Shown here: positions 9,990 through 19,806 of the stretch, piece after piece | Position numbering within the stretch: the stretch's first letter is position 1 | How the letters are laid out: each line of letters opens with the position of its first letter | Origin: an uncultured Intestinimonas sp. | GTDB lineage: Bacteria > Bacillota > Clostridia > Oscillospirales > Oscillospiraceae | Reading direction: 5' to 3' | Length of the DNA: 64,000 bases | Assembly (NCBI RefSeq): GCF_944387725.1 | Contig: NZ_CALXGA010000002.1 | Span: 2,602-66,601 of the forward strand | The notes under the pieces: model-generated | The model's input: the letters and a program-made list of their open reading frames with translations, nothing else | Databases searched by the model: none | What the model was told of the DNA's origin: nothing | Translations under genes and position numbers: made by a program

Positions 9990-11249
9990 TTATGCTCCGC
10001 GATGGCTGCCCCCGGGGGGGGGGATGCTCCCGGCGTGTCCGGCGGGGTGGTCGATATCCTCGCCCACTACGGCGGCAGACTGGATGGACCCCCGTCCAAA
10101 TTTCTCTCGGATGCCGTCCACCGCTCGCTCCAGCTTTTCCCGCTTTTCCCGGCGGGGGGCTGCACCGGCCTGGAAGAGGTCAAGCTGCTCCCCGGCCTCC
10201 CCCTCGGGGAGAAGGTTCTGGCCCGTGATGGTGAGGGCCCGGATGGGGGAGCGGGGGTCCCAGGAGGCCCGAATGAGTGCCAGCGCGGCCTGGCCGATGT
10301 CCTGGGCGGTGCAGGAGGGGGCCTCCAGCCGCTTCTGGCGGCAGATGTCCTTGAAATGGGGATCCCGGATGGTGACCTGGACGGTGGCGCACTTCATGCC
10401 GTGCTTCCGCAGGCGCATGGCCACACTGTCGGCCAGGAGGACTACCCCGGTGCGGATGTCGGCCCAGCCCACCAGATTCCGCCGGAAGGTGATGCCGTTG
10501 CCCACCGACTTGGGGGGCGGGGTCTCCCCGGCTCGGGTGACCCGGCTGTGCTCCAGACCGGCGGCGTAGTCGTAGAGCTGTCCCCCCAGCTTGCCCAGGA
10601 TGCGCTCCAGGGGCTCCCGGCCGAAGACCGCCAGGTCCCCGATGGTGCGGACCCCGTAGTCCCGGAGGACCTTGGCCGAGGCCCGGCCCACAAAGAGCAG
10701 GTCGGTGACCGGAAGAGGCCAGACCTTTTCCGGAACATCGGCGCGGGCAATGACGGTGGTGGCGTCGGGCTTTTTCAGATCGCTGCCCAGCTTGGCGAAG
10801 ACCTTGTTGAAGGAGACCCCCACCGAGATGGTGAGCCCGGTCTCGGCCCGGACTACGGCCCGAATCTGGTCAGCGATGTCTTTGGCGTCCCCGCCGAAGA
10901 GGTGCATGGAGCCGGTGATGTCCAGCCAGCTCTCGTCAATGCCGAAGGGCTCCACCAGGTCGGTGTACCGCTCATAGATGGCGTTGACCCGCTTGGACCA
11001 GAGGCGGTACTGGTCGTGGTGGGCGGGGAGGAGGACCAGGCCGGGGCACTTCTGCCGGGCCTGCCAGATGGTCTCCGCCGTTTTGACGCCGAAGCCCTTG
11101 GCCATCTCGTTCTTGGCTAGGATGATGCCGTGGCGGCTCTCCAGGTCGCCGCAGACCGCTACGGGCTTCTCCCGCAGGTCCGGGCGCTCCCGGATCTCCA
11201 CCGAGGCGTAGAAGCCGTTGAGATCACAGTGCAGAATGGTCCGGTCCAC
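9990..11249 (-). CDS. dinB: DNA polymerase IV
   Basis: ILHCDLNGFYASVE, GIDESWLD, KKPDA; GTG start. Confidence 0.95.
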   Translation of the reverse strand: MDRTILHCDLNGFYASVEIRERPDLREKPVAVCGDLESRHGIILAKNEMAKGFGVKTAETIWQARQKCPGLVLLPAHHDQYRLWSKRVNAIYERYTDLVEPFGIDESWLDITGSMHLFGGDAKDIADQIRAVVRAETGLTISVGVSFNKVFAKLGSDLKKPDATTVIARADVPEKVWPLPVTDLLFVGRASAKVLRDYGVRTIGDLAVFGREPLERILGKLGGQLYDYAAGLEHSRVTRAGETPPPKSVGNGITFRRNLVGWADIRTGVVLLADSVAMRLRKHGMKCATVQVTIRDPHFKDICRQKRLEAPSCTAQDIGQAALALIRASWDPRSPIRALTITGQNLLPEGEAGEQLDLFQAGAAPRREKREKLERAVDGIREKFGRGSIQSAAVVGEDIDHPAGHAGSIPPPGGSHRGA

Positions 11250-11273
11250 CGCAGAACGCCCCCCTTTTCTCAC

Positions 11274-11313
11274 AGTGTAGCATGGAGGAGCAGGGTTGTC
11301 AAACACATGTTCG
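11274..11313 (-). promoter_or_regulatory. dinB SigA promoter with an overlapping LexA (SOS) box
   Basis: Minus strand TTGACA-17-TACACT; CGAACATGTGTTTG at 11300-11313 fits the Firmicute GAAC-N4-GTTY box. Confidence 0.8.
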
Positions 11314-11321
11314 GGAAGACA

Positions 11322-12517
11322 TCAGCTCCATGCCAGCAGTCCGGCCACCGACTCCAGGTGGTCCCGCAGGTCTTGGGAGCCGCTGTAGTCCAGATAGAGC
11401 ACCCGCCGCCCTGACTGGGCAAAGAGCTGCTGGCTGTCATACGCCACGGCCTCCACCACCACCAGCCGGTCGAAGCCGGGGACGGACAGCTCTTCCACCG
11501 CGTAGCGATCCGGCTGGTAGGCCAGGTCATAGAGATGGTAGTCCATGAGGTCGTCCAGCAGGGGGGAGGCCAAGAAGGGGAGGGACAGGCTGTACCACTC
11601 CATATCCAGGCGGCGCCGGTCCCCGTCCACGGCGCCCGTCTGGTCCACCTCGAAGATGCGGGCCAGGGCTTCCTGCGCATAGGAGACATAGTTGTCCCGG
11701 TCGGGGCCCTCGCAGCCGGGGTACCAGAAGGGCTCCGGGGCGTATCCATCGCCTTCCAGCTCCGCCAAAGAGAGCACCGGGGCGGGGCGGTCCAGGGAGG
11801 CTAACTCCATACTCCAGTGGGTCAGGCCCAAAAAGTAGGCACAGGCTCCGCCGATTTGGGCCAGGGCGAGGATACAGAGTAAGAGGGTGTAGCCCTGCCG
11901 GACGAGGCCGGTATGCCGCCAGCGGGCGGGCCGCTGATGGGCATGCCCGCCCGGAGCCGCCGACGCAGGCGGCACAGGCCCCAGACCTCCCGCACGATGT
12001 GGAGGGTGAGCACCAAATCCAGCAGAAAGACAAAGCCGGTATAGGGGGAGCTGTATCCGACCAGTCGGAGGACCGGCCCGAAGCTGCTGTCCAGAGAACT
12101 CCAAACGAGAAAGGCGGTCAGAGATGCCATGACAGCCAGGAGGAGCCAGGTGGAGCGGGTCATGGTCCGGGTCATCCGCTCCAGAGTGTAGCTCTGGGCC
12201 ACCGGGTCAGTATGGAAGTCTGGGGCGCTGGGGTCGCTGGTTCGGAAGACGGCCAGCCAGCCGATTTTTCCTGCATAGCTCCAGCCCAGATCCCCGCAGT
12301 CCACAGCCTGCCCCGGGATCACGTCCCGCCGCTTGTCCGGGGTGGGCTCGGCGTGGCAGCGGACCTGGGCCGGAGCTCCCGGCAGGAAGTGGGCGAAGAG
12401 AACGCCGGAACCCTGGAAGTGGAGCCCCTTGGCCGCCATTTCCTCCAGCCAAAGCTCCATCCCGTCCAGGTCCAGAAAATCCACTGGGACGGGTTTGCGC
12501 ACGATGTCTTTGCTCAT
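11322..12517 (-). pseudogene. DUF2812-type membrane protein with one frameshift near 11930
   Basis: N-terminal MELWLEEMAAKGLHF motif; protein-like sequence continues in another frame (RPARWRHTG...) to the stop at 11322. Confidence 0.7.
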
Positions 12518-12843
12518 GACTGCACCTCCTCGCTGTCGGCGTCGGCCACGCAGGCCCGCAGCCGGGCCACCTCCTCCTGATAGAGAGCCCGGCCCCGGTC
12601 GGTGAGCCGGTAGGTCCGCTTCCGGCCCTCCACCGCCACCTCCTTCAGCAAGCCCTCCTCCTCGAACTTTCCCAGGATGGTGTAGAGGGTCCCAGGACCC
12701 ATCCGTACCCGCCCCTTGGTCTTGCAGGCTACGAACTCCGCAGCCTCGGTGCCGCATCGCTCCTCCTTGAGAAAAGCCATGAGGACATAGAACATGGTCT
12801 CGGTCAGGGTGCCCAGGGCTTTTTTGGACAAGGCCGCTCCCAC
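12514..12843 (-). CDS. PadR-family transcriptional regulator (start uncertain)
   Basis: LTETMFYVL, MGPGTLYTIL, RKRTYRLTDRG. Confidence 0.88.
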   Translation of the reverse strand: MGAALSKKALGTLTETMFYVLMAFLKEERCGTEAAEFVACKTKGRVRMGPGTLYTILGKFEEEGLLKEVAVEGRKRTYRLTDRGRALYQEEVARLRACVADADSEEVQS

Positions 12844-12978
12844 CTCTCTTAATATCGAATTTTAATATCATCTAACGATATCATAACATCGAAGGGAAAT
12901 GTTGTCAACTGGAATTTCGTGACGGAAAGAAAAAGACCGCCCAAAGGCGGTCTTTAGAGAAGCGTGCGGGGAGAGGGC

Positions 12979-13629
12979 TCAGATGACGTCCAGCAGGACC
13001 AGGGCCAGCATGACGAAGGTAGCCAGCAGGGCCAGGGAGAAGAGGAGGAATCCGGCGCTGGCCCGGCGAGAGGGTTGGGCGCTCTGGGAGGAGGTCACCA
13101 GGCCGGCCTTCCGCAGGGCGGTGACCACCGGCTTGTAGAGCAGGAGGGTGGCGGCCATGTTCATACCGCCCTTGGCCAGGTTGAAGGGGAGGAAGATGGG
13201 TACCAGCATGTCAGCCACGGCATCCCGGGGCAGCCCCTGGTAGATGGGGGTGAGGAAGTAGTTCCACAGCAGCATCACCACGGTGAGAACCACCACGCCC
13301 AGGCCCAGGCCCAGGACGGCGCCCGCCATGGTGTGGCGCTTCTTGTAGATGAAGGTGGCTGTGCAGCAGAAGCCGCAGGTGGCCAGGACGTTCATCACGA
13401 AGCCGATGAGGCCGGTGGTGCTGATGGTAATCATCTCCACGAAGGCCACCACAATGGACATGATGGCGGCGGCCACGGGCCCAAAGGCAAAGCCGCCGAT
13501 GCAGATGACCACATCCTTGAAGTCGAAATCCAAAAAGCCGTTGACACTGGGTAGCAGCTTGGAGACCAGCATCACCACATAGGCAATTCCGGAGAGCATG
13601 GCCAGGGTGGTGATGGTCTTGGTGCTCAT
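12979..13629 (-). CDS. ribU: ECF S component, riboflavin transporter (start may be a few codons upstream)
   Basis: FLDFDFKDV and PFNLAKG motifs; lies under an FMN riboswitch. Confidence 0.85.
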   Translation of the reverse strand: MSTKTITTLAMLSGIAYVVMLVSKLLPSVNGFLDFDFKDVVICIGGFAFGPVAAAIMSIVVAFVEMITISTTGLIGFVMNVLATCGFCCTATFIYKKRHTMAGAVLGLGLGVVVLTVVMLLWNYFLTPIYQGLPRDAVADMLVPIFLPFNLAKGGMNMAATLLLYKPVVTALRKAGLVTSSQSAQPSRRASAGFLLFSLALLATFVMLALVLLDVI

Positions 13630-13800
13630 GGCGGGGCGGGCCCCGGTTCTGGCGAGGAGGGGATCGGTCATAAAAATACAGGCTCCTTCCAGACATGGCC
13701 GGCGCTCCGGCCATGTCTCATGTAAAGTAGAAAACACCCGAAAGACACAATGCCTTCCAGGTGTTAATCACAATACATGGGGAAAGGTGCGCGATTGAAC

Positions 13801-13942
13801 ACATCTTCTTCCATCCAGACTTCGCGTCCACCGAAATGGAGGCGTCACTGTCGGTCCCGGAGTTCCACCGAGTCAGCCGCGCGGGAGCGCGGGTCGCGGA
13901 CTGTACCGCCGATCGGGATTTTCACCCTGCCCTGAAGACATC
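13801..13942 (-). ncRNA. FMN riboswitch (RFN element)
   Basis: Minus strand TCTTCAGGGCAGGGTGAAAATCCCGATCGGCGGT...AGTCCGCGA...GACCGACAGT...AAGTCTGGATGGAAGAAGA; terminator near 13731-13767; promoter TTGCAA/TATAAT at 13972-13999. Confidence 0.95.
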
Positions 13943-14021
13943 TCGCTGTTCAGTTGTTTTCTCTGTCTGTTATTATACACGACCGCGCAAAAATTGCAAG
14001 CCTTTTTGGCGGGAAATTTTC

Positions 14022-14072
14022 AGAACAAATGTTCGATAACACATTGACTTGCCCTCCGGGATATACTACAAT
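14022..14072 (+). promoter_or_regulatory. LexA box and SigA promoter of the SLOG gene
   Basis: AGAACAAATGTTCG at 14022-14035; TTGACT(14044)-17-TACAAT(14067). Confidence 0.7.
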
Positions 14073-14129
14073 AATGTCTGCTGAGTCTACCGAATATCAA
14101 CCGTAAATTGGAGGAAGAGGGGCCGGGGA

Positions 14130-14654
14130 ATGGACCGGATCTGGAGGTATCTTGTGGAGAGAGAACACACCTGCTGTTTTACCGGCCACCGGCCGAATAA
14201 GCTCCCATGGGGGAGCAACGAGGGGGACCCCCGCTGTCTGGCGTTGAAGGAGCGGCTGGCACGAGAGGTGGAGGCCGCCTATGACAAGGGCTACCGCCAC
14301 TTTATCAGCGGTATGGCTCTGGGCTGCGACCTATACTTCTGCGAGGCGGTTCTGAACCTGCGGACCTGTCGGGAGGGCGTAACGGTGGAGGCCGCCATCC
14401 CCTGTGAGGAGCAGGCCGCCCGATGGCAGGAGGGAGACCGGCGACGCTACTTCGCCCTGGTGGAGCAGTGCGACTATGAGACCATGGTCCAACACCGCTA
14501 CACCCACGGCTGTATGCAGCGCCGGGACCGCTACATGGTGGACCACTCCAGCCTGCTCATCGCCGTCTACGACGGCATGACCCTGGGAGGTACCATGTAT
14601 ACCCTGACTTACGCCATGCGCCAGGGCCTGGAGACGGTGATCCTGGATGTGTGA
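14130..14654 (+). CDS. SLOG-family protein (YpsA/DUF1273-like)
   Basis: CCFTGHRP, FISGMALGCD, RRDRYMVD, GGTMYT. Confidence 0.85.
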   Translation: MDRIWRYLVEREHTCCFTGHRPNKLPWGSNEGDPRCLALKERLAREVEAAYDKGYRHFISGMALGCDLYFCEAVLNLRTCREGVTVEAAIPCEEQAARWQEGDRRRYFALVEQCDYETMVQHRYTHGCMQRRDRYMVDHSSLLIAVYDGMTLGGTMYTLTYAMRQGLETVILDV

Positions 14655-14725
14655 AGCCCAAAGCAGAAGGGCTCCCGGCGGCAGACTGGCTGAAAACCAG
14701 CCTGCCGCCGGGAGCCCTTTCACAG

Positions 14726-17425
14726 TCATTCATCTGGATCGAAGGGTGGAACCTCCAGGCTCTGAGGGACGGCGTCTCCCTCAAACTCCAGCTCCTCGGG
14801 GACAGGCTCGGGAGCCTTGTTGATCAGGCCCTGCTTGAACTGCATCTCCTGCCACTGCTCCTTGGTGATGAGGAGCTGCCGGGGCTTGGAGCCCTCGAAG
14901 GGGCCCACCACGCCCTTCTCCTCCATCTGATCCACCAGCCTAGCGGCCCGGGAGTAGCCCAGCTTCAGCCGCCGCTGGAGCATGGAGACCGAGGCCATGC
15001 CGGTCTCCACCACCACCTCGATGGCGGCGGGGAGGAGCTCGTCGTACTCGTTGCCCGCCTCTTCTGGGGGGGCGCCGCCCACGCCCTTGCCCTGCTTGTC
15101 CTTTTCGGCGGCATGGCGCTCGATCTCGTGGATGACCGACTCGTCGTACTCCACGGTACTCTGATCCTTGATAAAGCCCACCACGGCGGCCACCTCCTCG
15201 TCGGAGATGAGGCAGCCCTGGACCCGCTGGGGCTTTCCGGAGCCAAGAGGGAAGTAGAGCATGTCGCCCCGGCCCACCAGCTTTTCGGCGCCCTGGGTGT
15301 CCAGGATGATCCGGGACTCCAGGGCGGAGGCCACAGCAAAGGCGATGCGGGAGGGGATATTGGCCTTCATCAGGCCGGTAATGACGTCGGCCGAGGGGCG
15401 CTGGGTGGCGATGATGAGGTGCATTCCGGCGGCGCGGCCCATCTGGGCCACCCGGCAGATGGATTCCTCCACCTCCTTGGCAGCCACCAGCATAAGGTCG
15501 GCCAGCTCGTCGATGACTACCACGATCTGGGGCATCTTCTCCATGCCCTCCGTCTTGGCCGCGTGGGCGTTGTAGGAGGCCAAGTCCCGGACTCCGATCT
15601 CGGAGAAGGAACGGTAGCGCTTCATCATCTCGGTGACCGCCCACTGGAGGGCCCCGGCGGCCTTCTTGGGGTCGGTGACCACGGGGATGAGCAGGTGGGG
15701 GATGCCGTTGTAAATGCCCAGCTCCACCATCTTGGGGTCCACCATAATGAGACGGACCTCCTCCGGGGTAGCCTTGTAGAGCAGGGAGATGATAAGGGAG
15801 TTGGTGCACACCGACTTGCCCGAACCGGTGGTGCCGGCGATGAGCAGGTGGGGCAGCTTGGCAATGTTGCCCACAATGCAGTTGCCGGCGATGTCCTTGC
15901 CCACAGCGAAGGCCACCTTGGAGGGGTGGTCCCGGAAGGCCTTGGAGTCGATGACCTCGTGGATATGGACGGGGCTCACCAGCTTGTTGGGCACCTCGAT
16001 GCCCACAGTGGCGATCTTGTCTGGGATGGGGGCGATGCGGACGCCGGTGGCCCCCAGGGCCAGGGCAATGTCGTCGGAGAGGTTGGTGAGCTTGTTGAGC
16101 CGGACCCCCTGGTCCAGCTCCACCTCATACCGGGTCACCGAGGGCCCTCTGGTTACATCGGAGATCCGGGCCTCGATGCCGAAGGATCGGATGGTCTCGG
16201 CCAGCCGCTCCTGGTTGAGCTTCAGCTCGGCCTGAGCTCCGGCCTCCACACCGCCGCTGCCCTCTACCAGGAGGGAGACCGGCGGATACTGGTAGGCGGC
16301 GGGGGCGGGCTCCGAGAGGGTTTTTGCAATGTCCTGCTCCACCTCGGCGGCGGCGTTCTGGGTATCCTTGGTGGTCACCTTGGGCACCGCAGGCTCCCGC
16401 TGAATCTCCGGCAGGGGAGGGGCCGGGGGTTCCTCCTCCGGCAGGACCGGCGGCTCCTCGGGGATCGGGATGGGGGCCGGGGCAACCGGCGGCGCCTCCG
16501 CCTGAGGCGGGACTGGGTCTGGAGCCGGGGGCTCCTCCGTCTCCGGAACGGGGGCTTCCATGGGCCGTCCACCGGTCAACACCTGGTCTGGAGGCAGAAC
16601 CCCAGCCTTGCGGTTGAACAGGCGATCCTTCTTGGGGGTGAAGGGCAGGGGAGACTTGGGCCGCTCCGGCTGGGGGGGGAGCTCCGGCCCATCGTCCACC
16701 GGAATGTCGATGGCGGCTCGCCGCCTGGCGGCAGGCCGCTTAGGGGCAGGGGGCGGCGCCGGGGCGTCCTCTTCGTCCTCTTCCTCGTACTCATATTCGG
16801 CCCAGGTCCGGGAGCGGACAGCATCCACCAGATCCGGGACGGAGAGATGGAAAGCCCCCAGCACCATGAGGAGCTGGAGCAGGATCAGAATGACTCCCGT
16901 GCCGATGCCGCTGAACGCCACACGCAGTCCTTCGGCCAGCAGTCCGCTGACCACTCCGCCGCAGGACATCTCCAAGCCATGGGTCCATAGGCCCTGAATG
17001 GCCGAAATCCGAAAGGAGAAGGTTCCCCGGTAGAGAAAGAGGTGGAGGATAGCACCCATGACCACGGGGGTCAGCAGGGCGCAGCACAGCCGCAGACGGA
17101 CGGGGCGTCCCCGGTGGAAGGCCAGTATGTAGCTGGCCACCAACAGCATGGGAGTGGTCAGCCAGAAGCCAAAGCCGATCAGCCCCTTCAGCAGACCGCA
17201 GAAGAAGTGGATGAAGAGGGCCTCAATCTGAAAATACCCAAAGGCGGAGAAAAAGGCCAGCAGCAGGCAGACCACCGCTCCCACCTCCCGGCGGATGGGC
17301 TTGGGCTGTGCCGCGGCCCTGCTCCGGCTGCCCCTTCCCTTCCGGGAGGAGGAGGCGCTCCGCTTCCCGGAGGAAGCGGTTCCCGAGTGCGCTCCGCCGG
17401 AGCTTTTCTTTTGTGTGGATGCCAT
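14726..17425 (-). CDS. ftsK: FtsK/SpoIIIE DNA translocase
   Basis: N-terminal TM region, Pro-rich linker, GTTGSGKS, IDELADLM, gamma domain SMLQRRLKLGYSRAARL. Confidence 0.97.
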   Translation of the reverse strand: MASTQKKSSGGAHSGTASSGKRSASSSRKGRGSRSRAAAQPKPIRREVGAVVCLLLAFFSAFGYFQIEALFIHFFCGLLKGLIGFGFWLTTPMLLVASYILAFHRGRPVRLRLCCALLTPVVMGAILHLFLYRGTFSFRISAIQGLWTHGLEMSCGGVVSGLLAEGLRVAFSGIGTGVILILLQLLMVLGAFHLSVPDLVDAVRSRTWAEYEYEEEDEEDAPAPPPAPKRPAARRRAAIDIPVDDGPELPPQPERPKSPLPFTPKKDRLFNRKAGVLPPDQVLTGGRPMEAPVPETEEPPAPDPVPPQAEAPPVAPAPIPIPEEPPVLPEEEPPAPPLPEIQREPAVPKVTTKDTQNAAAEVEQDIAKTLSEPAPAAYQYPPVSLLVEGSGGVEAGAQAELKLNQERLAETIRSFGIEARISDVTRGPSVTRYEVELDQGVRLNKLTNLSDDIALALGATGVRIAPIPDKIATVGIEVPNKLVSPVHIHEVIDSKAFRDHPSKVAFAVGKDIAGNCIVGNIAKLPHLLIAGTTGSGKSVCTNSLIISLLYKATPEEVRLIMVDPKMVELGIYNGIPHLLIPVVTDPKKAAGALQWAVTEMMKRYRSFSEIGVRDLASYNAHAAKTEGMEKMPQIVVVIDELADLMLVAAKEVEESICRVAQMGRAAGMHLIIATQRPSADVITGLMKANIPSRIAFAVASALESRIILDTQGAEKLVGRGDMLYFPLGSGKPQRVQGCLISDEEVAAVVGFIKDQSTVEYDESVIHEIERHAAEKDKQGKGVGGAPPEEAGNEYDELLPAAIEVVVETGMASVSMLQRRLKLGYSRAARLVDQMEEKGVVGPFEGSKPRQLLITKEQWQEMQFKQGLINKAPEPVPEELEFEGDAVPQSLEVPPFDPDE

Positions 17426-17516
17426 GGGATCATCCTTTCAAAGAGAGGATAGACAAAGTGGGGAACTTACGGCGGCACTGTATTGAGAGTGCCGAACGGC
17501 TTTGTGCGGCGCCGTC

Positions 17517-18365
17517 TCACTTTTTCAGCAGAAAACCGGCCACCAGGGAGATGATTCCCACTGCCCAGCAGTAGTAGGAAAAATTGCCAAATTTACCCTT
17601 GTCGGCCAGGAGGTTCACCAGCCGGATGGCAAAGTAGCCCACCACAGCGGCCACCGCCATGCCCAGAAGGTAGATGGGGAGAAGCGATGCGTCAAAGGCC
17701 CCGGCCTGGGCCGCGTCAGCGATCTCCAGGATATTGGCCCCCAACACGGCGGGCAGGGACAGGAGGAAGGAGAATCGGACGGCAAAGGAGCGGTCGAAGC
17801 CGCAGAGCATCCCGGCGGAGATGGTGGAGCCCGCTCGGGAGAGCCCAGGCAGGGTGGCCACCGCCTGAACGCAGCCCACCACCAGGGCGTCCTTCATGCT
17901 GGCGGTCCGGACCGTCTTGTGCCCCCTGGCCAGCCGGTCGGAGAAAAAGAGGAGAAAGCCGGTGGCGATGAGGGCCAGGGAGACAAAGGTGACGTTGTTG
18001 AAGGCGGCGTCCAGCACATTCTTCACCAGCAGCACCAGAAACAGGGGCAGGGTGCCTACAATGATCATCAGCACCAGCCGCCGGGCCTCCGGCGGGCGGC
18101 CGGACGAGCCACGCCGGGAGAAGAGGGCGGCCAGGCCCAGGAAGAACTCCTGGATCATGTCCAGGATGTCTTTCCCATAGTAAAGGCACACTGAAAGCAG
18201 AGTGCCGAAGTGGAGCAGGATGGTGAAGAGCATATCGGTCTCTCCGGCGCTCTGGTCTGGGGAAAAGAAGTACTGAAACAAGGTCAGGTGGCCGGAGCTG
18301 GAGATGGGCAGAAACTCTGTCACGCCCTGGAGCACGCCCATGGCGATGGAATACAGGTAGTTCAA
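17517..18365 (-). CDS. uppP: Undecaprenyl-diphosphate phosphatase
   Basis: QGVTEFLPISSSGH and PGLSRAGSTI. Confidence 0.95.
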   Translation of the reverse strand: MNYLYSIAMGVLQGVTEFLPISSSGHLTLFQYFFSPDQSAGETDMLFTILLHFGTLLSVCLYYGKDILDMIQEFFLGLAALFSRRGSSGRPPEARRLVLMIIVGTLPLFLVLLVKNVLDAAFNNVTFVSLALIATGFLLFFSDRLARGHKTVRTASMKDALVVGCVQAVATLPGLSRAGSTISAGMLCGFDRSFAVRFSFLLSLPAVLGANILEIADAAQAGAFDASLLPIYLLGMAVAAVVGYFAIRLVNLLADKGKFGNFSYYCWAVGIISLVAGFLLKK

Positions 18366-18475
18366 GCTGGTTCCCCCTTGTGATGATGTCCCGCCGGACG
18401 GCGCCGGAGAGCATATAAAACTATATTACCACACAGGACGGAACATTTCCAGCCTTTTTCTGCGGGCGGCAGAGG

Positions 18476-19189
18476 CTATGAGGGTTTTCGCTGGGCGGCG
18501 ATCTTCTCGTGGAGACAGTCCAGGGCGTCGCTGAGGCTGCCGGTGCGGTCGATGAGGCCCAACGACACGGCCTGTTCCCCATAGAGGACGCTGCCCACGT
18601 CGGCGGCCAGCTCTCCTGTTTGAAGCATCAGCCTTGTAAAGTCATCTCGCTTCACATTGCTATTTCGGGTGATAAAGTCGAGGATGCGCTCCTGAATGCG
18701 TGTAAAGTAGGTGAAGGTCTGGCTGACGCCGATGACTGTCCCGGACAGGCGCACCGGGTGGATGGTCATGGCCGCTGTGGGGGCGATGAAGGAGGTCTGG
18801 GCCGAGACCGCCAGGGGCACGCCGATGGAGTGCCCGCCTCCCAGCACCAGGGAGACGGTGGGTTTCTTCATGCCGGCGATGAGCTCCGAAATGGCCAGCC
18901 CCGCCTCGATGTCGCCTCCCACGGTGTTGAGGAGGAGCAGGAGCCCGTCGATGTCCTCGCTCTCCTCCACAGCGGCCAGCAGTGGGATGACGTGCTCGTA
19001 CTTGGTGGATTTGCTGGAGGGGGGCAGAACCTGGTGGCCCTCGATTTCCCCCACAATGGTTAGCGTGTAGATGGCGCCCTGAGTGGTGCGGATGGTGGCG
19101 GAGCCCATGTCCACCGCCTGCTGCCGGCGGTCCTGGCGCTGGCTGTCGCCGGTTTCTGTCTCTTTGGTCTCCTGAGTCTCTTCTGTCAT
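18476..19189 (-). CDS. tepA: ClpP-family protease, TepA-like
   Basis: GEIEGH, TKYEHVIP, LNTVGGDIEAG, GGHSIG; SigF/G-like promoter GCATG...GGCAAACT at 19223-19252 (minus). Confidence 0.85.
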   Translation of the reverse strand: MTEETQETKETETGDSQRQDRRQQAVDMGSATIRTTQGAIYTLTIVGEIEGHQVLPPSSKSTKYEHVIPLLAAVEESEDIDGLLLLLNTVGGDIEAGLAISELIAGMKKPTVSLVLGGGHSIGVPLAVSAQTSFIAPTAAMTIHPVRLSGTVIGVSQTFTYFTRIQERILDFITRNSNVKRDDFTRLMLQTGELAADVGSVLYGEQAVSLGLIDRTGSLSDALDCLHEKIAAQRKPS

Positions 19190-19292
19190 AGCTTCTTTGC
19201 CCTCCTTGAGTCTGTTTGGGACCAGTTTGCCCGGAATAGAGTCCAAACATGCAAAAGGGCCGCCTGCAGGCGGCCCGAAAGGAGGTTCCGAT

Positions 19293-19775
19293 TCAAAGGG
19301 AAGACAGAACGGCCCCAAATAGGCTCCAGATGGCCAGTGCGGACAGAATGGCGCCCACAGTCCTAAGGAAAGTCATGGGTTTGCCCTGAACGTTCGCGCG
19401 GCAAAGCTCCTGATCCAGCTGGACCGGATCGGCTGCCAGGGCGGTTTCCCCCGTCCAGAGGGAACGGCTCCGAACCATCTTACAGGTGCAGAGATACTTC
19501 AATTCGTTCTGGAGCTCCCGGGCCTCTTGACAGGAGAGCCTCTGGGCCGGGACGCAGGGCGTGGCGAAAAGCAGCTCCCTGGCCTGGGGAAGCGAGAGGG
19601 TCAGCCTTCGAGCCAGGCACTGAGCGGTCAGCTCCATGTCTCCACCCGCGTCTTCCAGAATCAGGTCATAGCGGTCTGCGTGACCTGGAGGGGTCAGTGG
19701 ATAGCCGCAGTGGACGCACCAGGCGGCCTGGTCGGAGATCTGCCGGCCGCACTCGGGACAGGGGAGTAGGGGCAT
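19293..19775 (-). CDS. Zinc-ribbon protein with a C-terminal TM helix
   Basis: CPECG...CVHCGYP. Confidence 0.65.
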   Translation of the reverse strand: MPLLPCPECGRQISDQAAWCVHCGYPLTPPGHADRYDLILEDAGGDMELTAQCLARRLTLSLPQARELLFATPCVPAQRLSCQEARELQNELKYLCTCKMVRSRSLWTGETALAADPVQLDQELCRANVQGKPMTFLRTVGAILSALAIWSLFGAVLSSL

Positions 19776-19806
19776 GGAAAGGGCTCCTTTCTATTTCGTT
19801 GTAAGG

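Noticed and set aside
14651-16990. 779-aa ORF and other long antisense ORFs (e.g. 28171-29979, 29915-31363, 35230-36789, 45894-47147)
   Set aside because: Shadow frames of GC-rich genes, with no recognisable motifs.
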